Position numbers and translations under genes: made by a program. This document shows, piece by piece, positions 24,421 through 32,900 of a stretch of DNA of 32,900 bases; the first letter of the stretch is position 1, and the number at the start of each line of letters is the position of its first letter. The notes below the pieces were generated by a model, which did no database searches, was not told the origin of the DNA, and saw only the letters and a program-made list of their open reading frames with translations. Source of the stretch: Xylographa opegraphella (taxonomy: Eukaryota); contig JALDZX010000049.1 of NCBI GenBank assembly GCA_022813865.1, positions 124,001 to 156,900 on the forward strand, written 5' to 3'.

Positions 24421-24484
<64 letters not shown>
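24421..24484. repeat. (CA)32 microsatellite
   Basis: Perfect dinucleotide run ending 60 bp upstream of the ATG at 24545. Confidence 0.98.
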
Positions 24485-24488
<4 letters not shown>

Positions 24489-24544
24489 ACGAACTGCAAG
24501 TCCAGTCCTCGAACCTCCACATCGAGTCGAGCGCCCTAGCAGGA

Positions 24545-25036
24545 ATGAATCCATCCCGCACGGCAAGCCAAAGCTTCCAAATCAACCACAAGGGTCGCCC
24601 CTCGATCCCGTTCGAGCACGGCTCTTTCGCATGGTTCGTCCGATCATCCAACCTGTCCAGCCCGAACGACCCAGCTCTTCCCAGCCACCCGATAGTCGTT
24701 CTTGACCACCGATACCGCCTACCGGGCCACAAGTATGATAAGTGCCACCCCTGTCTCGTAATCACCAAGAAGCCACTCCGGCCCAGAGACTCCATGCCTC
24801 TGGCACCCTGGCATCCCAAGCATCACGCCGTGGATCGGATGCTGCATCAACGCACAGACGGCAGGTATGCAGTCCACACCTTCAAGCAGAACAACCACGT
24901 CTCCTTCGCGGTGAAGATGATCGCTCGGGCCGATCTACACCCCATCCGACGTGGTAAGCGCGATGTGTATGCTGGCCTCCGGGCTGATTCGTTACGGGTC
25001 GTGGAGAGAGAACTGGCAGCGCGTGCTCAGAAATGA
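24545..25036 (+). CDS. Intronless 163-aa basic protein with PemK/MazF-like motif order
   Basis: GSFAWF…HPIVVL…CLVITK…NHVSFAVKMIARADL…GLRADSLRVVERELA parallels the PemK/MazF pattern GDIxW…RPVLVL…VVPITS…SxVxxxQIRxIDxxRL…GxL-helix. Recognised by eye only. Confidence 0.55.
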   Translation: MNPSRTASQSFQINHKGRPSIPFEHGSFAWFVRSSNLSSPNDPALPSHPIVVLDHRYRLPGHKYDKCHPCLVITKKPLRPRDSMPLAPWHPKHHAVDRMLHQRTDGRYAVHTFKQNNHVSFAVKMIARADLHPIRRGKRDVYAGLRADSLRVVERELAARAQK

Positions 25037-25102
25037 GTGGCCACGCCGGGAAAAAATCCATCGGGCGGCCACCTTGGTGTTGTATGAGTCACACCGCCGG
25101 TG

Positions 25103-25270
25103 CTTCGAGCATCAGCCTGATTATCAACTTCGGGTACATCTTCGAGATATCAGCTTTGGTTATCAGCCTTGAATATCAGCTTCGAGCATCAGCCTCGAAT
25201 ATCAGCTTCGGGTATCAGCCCCGAATGTCATTTTCGAGCATCAGCCTCGAATGCCAGTTTCGTGTATCAT
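25103..25270. repeat. 13-bp minisatellite, 13 degenerate units, consensus CYTCGRRYATCAG
   Basis: Units such as CTTCGAGCATCAG, CCTCGAATATCAG and CTTCGGGTATCAG lie head to tail; two units are 12 bp and one is 14 bp. Confidence 0.9.
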
Positions 25271-25491
25271 CTTCAGGCGTTCCGGTTCCTGTTGGAGTTA
25301 TCACGTCAGTACTAAAAAACACATGACTGATATTTTCTCGAGGTTGGAGTCTTTCTTCTCATTTGGTCTGAATTTAGCATGAACTTCTTGGATCATCAAA
25401 TTTTTGACATCCGGCGATCAAACACAGTGTACATAGACAGGGGTTTCCTACATACCATATAGAAATTCGTTGATACCCAGATGGAATCCCG

Positions 25492-27012
25492 TCAGCTCCC
25501 AGCAGCTTGCCTCATGAAGAACTCTTTCACCAGTCCCACTTTGTCCACGGTCTCCAAGCCCAGGCTCCTCAGTCCCACGAGCGGCCCACTCCCGACACTG
25601 TAAAGTTTGTGTAGCTTGTCCACCACGCCTAACAGCCGGTTGTTGACTGCATACCGCTCACCTCCGTATCCTTCCAGCGCCATTCCGGCCCCGATATCTC
25701 CTCCATACCTCATACTATCTTCAATATTCCTCACTAGCGCTTCCACATCCCCGAGACCCATGTTGAGCCCCTGACCGGCGAGTGGATGAATAGTGTGCGC
25801 GGCATCCCCGACCAGAGCTACACGGGGGGTGGTATAGGCGTCGGCGTGGCGTAGACGAAGCGGAAAGGAAGCTGTGGAGTTTGCCTGAATATCGACAACC
25901 GAGTGCGGAATCTGCGACCCTTCGACCAAGGAGGGGGTGTGTTGCAGCCGCCACTCTAGCTCGTCGACTTGGCCGGTTGGTATAGTATGCATGTACGCAA
26001 TATCAACGGTGCTCAAGCGGAAGGCGGCGTCGATCATGGCGCAGAAGTCTGGCGGGGAGAGAGATTTGAGGTGAGTGGCGTGGGAGGGGAGTGTGGACCA
26101 GACAAGAGTGGCGTATGGTCCAGGAAGAGCGAGAAGCGCCACCGGTCCGGTTGGCAAGAATCGCTGATAGGCTGTGCGAGGCATGTTTGGCGGAAAGTCA
26201 GCAGCCAACTTGACTGTTGCGACAACGGCATGCCGATCATAATCCCAGCCACGGGAGGGAATGGCGGCGAAAGTACGGACTGGGCTATTGAGACCATCGG
26301 CGCCGATGAGAAGGCGAGCCGCAACGGTACGAGAATTAGAGAGGGTGAGATGTGGCCATGAGGAGAGGTCGGGCGCTGTTATATCTGGTGTAGGATCAGG
26401 GCCGGGGGAGACCGAGGAGACTGACGTCCTGTCGAAGATGGTGACAGGCGGAAGTGAGGAGAGCCTGGTAGCAAGTGCACGAAGAAGATTCGCGTTCTCA
26501 GTCATGTATGCCACCGTAGTGTGCGAGATCTTGGGTGATTGCTCCCAGTCAAAGGAGATGCGGGCTCCCGAGACACCATCCCAGACCTGCATACGATGAT
26601 ACGGCTGCATTCGAGTGTGATCGAGGTGCGGCCATGCTCCGATGTGCTCGAGGAAGGCTTTCGATGCAGGAGTGAGCGAGCTAGCTCGATTAGAGTACTG
26701 GTCTGGAGCGAGGGACCAGGTAGACGTTTTGGAAAGATCTTGGGACTCGACGAGAGCAAGTTTGAGGGACGAAGTAATGGGGGATGCTCCTACGAGAGAT
26801 TAGCGATCCGTATCGTCATGGATGCCGAATCACTTGCGGAGCGCGGTGAGTAGACTCAGACCAGCCGGCCCGCCGCCGACGCAGACTACATCGTAGAGCT
26901 CCGGCTTCGTGGCGGCAGCTGTAGCATAGGTCCATCGACGGTGTCGCAACGCCTTCGCGCACATCCGACATATGAATGGTCTCATCAGAGGTACGACAGG
27001 TAACGGCCCCAT
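25492..27012 (-). CDS. COQ6: Ubiquinone biosynthesis FAD monooxygenase Coq6
   Basis: Exon 27012-26838 (presequence-like N-terminus, YDVVCVGGGPAGL), GC-AG intron 26837-26790, exon 26789-25492. Motifs SNRASSLT, LLIGADG, AYQRFLPTGPVALL and ALVGDAAHTIHPLAGQGLNMG. Confidence 0.95.
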
Positions 27013-27559
27013 TGACGACGTGGCCGCTCTGCAACGACGAGGTAGTGAGATGGTACCTTACTCTGTAAGTACTGAAATCTTCAACCTCGGTGTTGATGTT
27101 TCTTTAGCCTTCTCGCTTGCGAGATGCACCAATCGGGGATGATCCCTGCGGATCTCGATCCTAGCGTCAGATCGACGTTGGACGTGCTTTAACCATTTTG
27201 ACATCATGAACTAGATCTGCGTCTTCGCTGTCTACGGTACTGTAAGGTATGCTGATGGTCTCACTCATGACGAGCGACGAACGACCAACTTCCATAGCAA
27301 GCAATCCGAGCAGTGTCTCGCCACTTCTTTCAGGTGGTCTGATGTATGATGTATGGCGGGAGGCCTCGGCCTATGTGCGGCTCGCTTCCCGCTCATTTGA
27401 ATCATTTGAATGGTCCAGAGATATATGTCCTACTGAATGTCTGTTTTGTGTTTGTTGTCTCCGTCTACTGTCTTCCTTTGCAACTTCATACTGCACCTTG
27501 CCTCTATGTGCTCTTCTCGTCATGTCTGGAAGCTCCCATGGATGATGATTTGAGCCACG

Positions 27560-29349
27560 ATGCGTACGCCAGCCCCAGCCAAAGCTTCGATTTCTCACCC
27601 AGCCGAATCCGGTCATGGAAGTCTCAGCAACCCTCTTGTTGGTGTGACGGCTCGAGTGAGATATCTCCATGCTTTCCGAGACAGTATCCCAGTATCTGGC
27701 GAGGGAAGGACAGAAGGAACACGCAGGCCTCACAGCCAACAAGTGCGTCTCGAATCAATAGTTCTTTTCTACTAAGTCTCTTGCCACCGTCTCTCATATG
27801 TATGCATTTTTGATAAAATGCGGCGTGATCGTAGAGTATGACTAAATTTTGGTTGCTTAACATTTGTAGGACCACGGTATCGCCAACACCCTAACGGTTG
27901 ACGATCCTAGCCTGGGGAAGCGGAGGACGTGGTGTACAGCTTCTTCTTTTCTCGCAGATCTAAACCCGAAACCTCAAGCATCTCCAAGTCCAAAGCCTCG
28001 TTCCTTTTCACGACCCCTTTCAGCTATAGGTATCCTTCACGGCAGCCTGTTTGAGCTTTCTTCCCTCCAACGTGATGGATTTGACCTGAACTCGACACTA
28101 TTTCGGCGCCCACACTCCATCTCATCAGAGTCTAGCTCTGCAACTTCTTTTGTGACCGATGACACTACAATCACCACGATCATGACTCCATCGAAGAAGA
28201 AGCAACCTCTACCCTCATCAAAGGCTGTCGTTGTGCCAAACGATCACTCAGCATCATTCACGATATTGCGACCAGCATTGGAGGAAATTAGAATGCTATG
28301 CTTGGAGCGTCACTGGGAATCTTGTATTGCTCGATGTGAAACACTGCTCGAGAATAGCCATGATAGTGTAAGGACATGCGATCTGGCTGTATGACCTTAA
28401 CTGACATTTTGGACAGATACATCCCATGCACAAATGCTACATGCATTTCTTCCATGCTCTTTCACATGAGCTACTTGCTAGGTCGGTATCTGATCTGTCC
28501 GTCGCTAAAGTACCACACCTTGAGTCGTCCAAACAATCTTATCTGGCGGCTTCAAGCTCTCTGCTCCTGTCAAGTCAACTGTTGAAGGACGAGGAACTGG
28601 AGGAACACACTCTGGAAGAGACGCTCTTCATATCCGGTAACACATCGCCCATGTCGACACCAACGCGCGCTCCGCGCGAGCCGCAAAACATCACTGGCGC
28701 GCAGTCATCGATGCGCTTACCCTCACCATCGTGGAAACCTTCTCCATTGAATTGGGTATCTGCATCACAAGCATCCTTGGCCAACGATCCCACCTTCGGA
28801 TCTCCGCTACGCAAGCTATTGCCACTTCGAATCGCACCAGTCTGGCTTTCCACTTCCCAAGTGTCATTGGCGAACGATCCTGACTTTTGTTCGCCTTTGC
28901 GCAAACCAGCGCCTTTGCGGATTGTGAAGAGGACATCAACACTAGCTGCACCGCCCCAAAAACCCGACATACATCCAAATCCACCTTGTACCCCTCTACC
29001 GACTTCAAGCTATCAACCACGGACACCGGCAACCGTTACATTTTCAGAGGGTACCACGACCTGGCTCCAAGACCGTGCCACCCAACGATACTCTACGTAC
29101 GCGGCGGAATTTGAGCCGATGCTTCTCAGGCACGTCGAAGTGGTGGACATGCTTATAGAATCTACGATGAAGGTCCAAGCCGACAGATATGCTGGCAAAA
29201 GATCAGCGAGCAGCAATGATGATGGCGAGGCGAGCGGAGGGGAGAGACGGGCCAGGCTCGAGAGGCTGAAAGCAAACGGGTGGACAAGGGAGAGGTTTAG
29301 GCCGGAGAGGTATCAAGATCTGTGTGCTCGGGCTCTAGCGGAACTATGA
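27560..29349 (+). CDS. Hypothetical protein with a helical N-terminal region, Ser/Pro-rich middle and C-terminal GWTRERFRPERYQDLCARALAEL; 5' exons uncertain
   Basis: Firm part: frame open 27870-28367, intron 28368-28416 (GTAAGG…CTGAC…CAG), exon 28417-29349. A possible exon 27560-27742 with intron 27743-27869 splices in frame; an alternative start lies near MTPSKK (~28182). Confidence 0.65.
28753..28932 (+). repeat. 90-bp (30-aa) in-frame tandem duplication
   Basis: WVSASQASLANDPTFGSPLRKLLPLRIAPV and WLSTSQVSLANDPDFCSPLRKPAPLRIVKR; Trp codons at 28753 and 28843. Confidence 0.9.
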
Positions 29350-29734
29350 AGCATGATGAGCCTCGACACGGAGCATTTACGAGGACGAATAATGAAGAGT
29401 GTACCATGGAGGAAATGATGAGTATCTGCTGTGGACTGGAAACAACGGACGAGAAAGTGCGTGAGTAGAATGCGGTCTTCAAGCCAACGGAATGGATGGA
29501 TCTTAGCCAAGCGCATAGTTTCTTGATCGCATACTGTCTTGATCGCAGACTGTCTTGATCTAATACACGGGTATATTTCTCCTCACATAGCTGCTCCGTG
29601 GTACTTATCATGGAAACCACCACCAGCGACCGTGGAAGGCCAGCTGCGGCACCAATCCCTCCTGCCGCCGTCTCCCAGCCAAGAGGCACAGCCTGCGTCC
29701 CCCCCCCAACCGGCCATCTCTCACGATGTCCCGC

Positions 29735-30538
29735 TCACACGGCACTCTGGAAGTTGTAGACCAGCCTCGCCTGCTTCCAGTCGTCGTGCGTCCGCACGAC
29801 CACGTGCCGGGTATGGTACCTCACATCGTTGATCTCCTCGAAGCCCCAGATCTAGTCCCAGCACACACAGCCATCAGCATTCCCTCTTCACTCCAATCGC
29901 CACCCTCCCCCTTTCCCCCCACACCCTTCGCACCATCACGACCCGGAAAACTCACCTGCTCTGCCGTCCAACCCGCCTTCTCACTCACGACCCAGCTCTG
30001 CACATGCTCCCCACCACTCTCCTCCAGCCAGCCGCGCGTCAGCCACTCGTAATCGGGCCCCTTGTCCAAGTCCGCCAGCAGCACCCACCGGCTCTTGCCC
30101 TCCACCTCGCCGAAGACGCCGTCCCGGTGCGGCCGCAGCTGCCAGTCCAGCGTGCGCTGCTCCGTCGTGCCTGAGATGCCGCCCGTGGCGGTCTGCTGGA
30201 TGTCGATGTGCGTGAGATTCGTTTCGGGTTCCGTGTATTGTGACACCGTGAGTGTGATGGTCGCCATGGATATTAGTTTGCGCGTGAGCCAGCCGATGCC
30301 TTGCTGTGGGGACACGGGGGGGAGGGGGTTAGTAGAGGTGATGGGGGGGAGAAGGGGTGGGGTACCAATCGGAGGAGCGCGTCGATGTCGTCGGAGAGTT
30401 CTTTGTTCTGTGGTAGGGAGGGGGGTGGTCAGTGGGGGGGTGGTGCGGATTGGGGTGTGAGAGGAAGAGGGGGGGGGGGGTTACCATGACCCATCTGCCG
30501 CTGAGGTCTTTGATCGTTACTTCCGCTGGTGCTGCCAT
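29735..30538 (-). CDS. Lipocalin/FABP-like beta-barrel protein (fungal family)
   Basis: Exons 30538-30485, 30407-30366, 30303-29956, 29851-29735. Spliced protein reads MAAP…LSGRWVM|NKELSDDIDALLRL|QGIGWLTRK…GWTAEQ|IWGFEEINDVRYHTRHVVV…RLVYNF, with the calycin G-x-W motif near the N-terminus. Confidence 0.8.
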
Positions 30539-30974
30539 GCCTGCTGTTGTATGGGAACTCGAGCGATGAGATGTCGTTCCTGGAAGGGAGAATGTTGAAG
30601 TTGCGGCCGATGGCGGTTGTCCGGTGGTTTTGCTAGTCGGTTAGGACTCTATCGTGGAACGACGGCCACGAAGCGTTGTAGCCGCGTACGATATGCCTCA
30701 TACTCCCCCATCCATAGTCGCGTCATCTAAGCCGCAAGTGATTCATGAGATACCAGGAATATACAGCGCTACATAACATCCGTGACCAGATCCCAAGATA
30801 CGCGGCCGTCCATCCAAGTCGTGAACCTCATCACCACCCACCAGGGAACCCGCTCCACCCCCTTCCCACGGGCGCAACAGGAACGTACCTGCCATCCTGC
30901 CACGAGAACCCGCTCCACGTAGCTCAAGATCCAAGTCTGCTGCTCACAATCCCAATCCCAATCCCGCCCCGCCC

Positions 30975-31335
30975 TCACAGACCCTCACTCAGCACCGACC
31001 CCACACCCTCCCCCACCCCCCCCTTCCCCACCAACCCGCCCACCGTATCCGCCGTATCGTTCTGCAAACTGCTAAGGTCCTTATCATCACTAAGCTGCTG
31101 GCCCTTCAACGCACCTGCAGCGCAGTCAGCCACGAAAGGGGCAGGCGATTGGTATCAGCGGGGGGCAAGTAGTCTTACTCTTCAAGCCGTAGGAAGCTCG
31201 GTTTTCGCCCATGGCGTCCAGGGCGTGGTCCTGCGCGATCTTCTGGTACCGGTCGAGGTAGCCGCCTACCCAGGCGCCGACGAGGGCGATGGTCACGAGG
31301 GCGGCGAATAGGGAGATGAGCGTGGTGGTTGCCAT
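30975..31335 (-). CDS. Small (98-aa) protein with an N-terminal membrane anchor and a Gly-rich C-terminus
   Basis: Exons 31335-31179 and 31114-30975; intron 31178-31115 (GTAAGA…GCTGAC…CAG). Protein reads MATTTLISLFAALVTIALVGAWVGG…GENRASYGLK|SALKGQ…VGGLVGKGGVGEGVGSVLSEGL. A TATA-like element lies at ~31420-31425. Confidence 0.75.
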
Positions 31336-31707
31336 GGTTGGCGGTGGTGGTGGGGGGTGCTGTTGTGGAAAGGAGGTTGAGGGCGGATAGCGGAGTAGGA
31401 CTTCCTCGCGTGGCTGGTCTATATAGTCTACTGTAGGTATGTAAATGCAGAACTTCCAATGAGGTGCCCGCTACGCAATTGATCAGGCCCGGGTTTCGCG
31501 TTTACTTGTATTCCCATCCAATAAAGAGTTCTACAGGAAAAGCTATACCCCGCACACCCGCGGGCGTGCTTGAGATACGTTCTATGTCTCTCAGTGCGGC
31601 CGTAGTTCAAGCGACCGGGCCTCGCGAACACCAAACAACCCGACATATGGACCCAACGACAAGAGCCACCGTCCCACACCGCGACAGCAGCGTCCTAATC
31701 CCCCAAC

Positions 31708-32869
31708 ATGCCCCTCCTCCTCCTCCTCCTCCGCCGCCGCCCACCACCCCGTCTCCACACTCTCATCCGCACCGCGCCCCCTCTCCGCTTCTCCACCACC
31801 AGCAGCCCTCCCCCGCCGCCCTCCCCCTCCCGATGGCTGTCCGCCATCAAGCAACGCGTAGGGCAATGCATCATGTTCGGGCTGCACGGAAAACAGATCG
31901 CGGACGCGGCCGCGATAGCGCGCGTGCTGGGCACGGAATGGAGGGGCTTCGTCGCTGGGCGGGAGGGCTTTTTGCTGGATAAGGGGCTGGAGGGGAGGGT
32001 GCGCTGGGGGGAGATGGTATGTGCATGGCTGGTGGGAGTGGGGGAGCGGTGGCTTGTGCGTGAGATGCTGATGCGCTGCTGGGTGATTGTTTAGGATGTT
32101 ATGGTAAGAGAACCTTCGTCCCAGGTGTATGGTTCTCGTCTTGCGTCGCTGATGCTGATGCTGTATTTAGGGTATGTATGTTCCTCACCCTCTACGGAGG
32201 TACCCACCGGTCTTGCTTCCACCCTGGCTTCAACTGCCTACCACACATCGCTGACCCCGCTCCCTCCCTTCCGCCCGCAGGCCACCTGAACAACGCCGCC
32301 TACGTCCGCCTCGCCGAGTCATCCCGCGTGCACTTCTTCCGCGCCATCGCCCCCCCGGGCTCCTCCGCCGAGCACATCCGCCAATGGCAAGACACATGCA
32401 CGCCGCAAGGCCTAGGCCTAATCCTGCGGACCATCGCCATCGACTACAAATACGTAAGCCCCCCCCACCCCCCCTTCTCCCCCCTCCACCACGCACACTA
32501 ACCCCTCCCCCCTTTTTTTTCCAGCCTCTCACATTTCCCAACCACTACACCATCCACCACCGCCTCTCCTCCCTTCCCTCCCCCTCCCCCTCCACCCCAA
32601 CAATCATCCACCTCACCTCCCTCCTCCTCTCCACCCCCGCCCAGCGGCCCGCCGCCCGCTTCCAAGAGGAGATCGTCATCTTCGACTACCGCGCCCAGAA
32701 GCCCGCTCAGCTGCCGGCGCATATGCTACATGCGCTGCATGCGCGCTGGGAGGCGCAGGAGCGCGTGGGTGCGTATTGGCGCGCGCGGGTGGCGGGTGTG
32801 GAAGAGAGGGTGGGGGTGCTGGAGGGAGGGAGTTGGGGGAGGGAGGGGGCAGTGGAGGATCGGGGTTGA
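31708..32869 (+). CDS. Mitochondrial-type hot-dog-fold thioesterase (4HBT-like)
   Basis: Exons 31708-32016, 32095-32103, 32171 (1 nt), 32281-32453, 32525-32869. Spliced protein reads VRWGEM|DVM|G|HLNNAAYVRLAESSR…GLILRTIAIDYKY|PLTFPN…IVIFDYR, with an Arg/Leu-rich presequence-like N-terminus. Confidence 0.85.
32171..32171 (+). other. Predicted one-nucleotide exon (G)
   Basis: Sequence is …CTGTATTTAG|G|GTATGT…: an acceptor with upstream GCTGAT branch-like motifs, one G, then a consensus donor. It is needed to restore the reading frame. Confidence 0.7.
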
Positions 32870-32900
32870 GGCGGTGTCGAGTAGGAAGGGGGGGGGGGGG

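Noticed and set aside
24281..24819. ORFs with CVCV or THTH runs
   Set aside because: Artefacts of translating the (CA)32 microsatellite.
25033..25326. 97-aa ORF overlapping the stop of the PemK-like ORF as an operon-like partner
   Set aside because: Most of it is translated 13-bp minisatellite, so it is unlikely to be a real protein.
30745..31311. 188-aa + strand ORF
   Set aside because: It is an antisense shadow of the small membrane-protein gene in C-rich sequence, with low-complexity Pro-rich content.

Overview
Eukaryotic genomic DNA from a filamentous ascomycete (Pezizomycotina; inferred from short GT-AG introns with CTRAC branch sites and from the protein families). It is gene-dense, with about 17 protein-coding genes. 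Housekeeping genes: a 5'-truncated DUF726/TMCO4-like gene, PRP16, RRN3, a GPATCH11-like gene, VPS33, HTS1, an ENV7/STK16 kinase, a UBE2W-type E2, COQ6, a lipocalin-like protein and a hot-dog thioesterase. Accessory genes: a 97-aa tandem-WW mini-protein, a Cys/His orphan, a membrane-anchored aspartic-protease-fold protein with degenerate active-site motifs, a conserved-looking hypothetical protein and a small membrane protein. Two observations stand out. (1) The thioesterase gene only keeps its frame and its conserved D-x-x-G-H-x-N-N motif if a 9-nt micro-exon is followed by a single-nucleotide exon (G at 32171). (2) A ~2-kb island between UBE2W and COQ6 holds an intronless 163-aa ORF with the motif order of a PemK/MazF-like toxin fold, flanked by a ~315-bp diverged tandem duplication, a (CA)32 tract and a 13-bp minisatellite. 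No tRNA, rRNA, CRISPR array or recognisable transposon was found. All family calls are by eye and exon models are manual; no searches were run.
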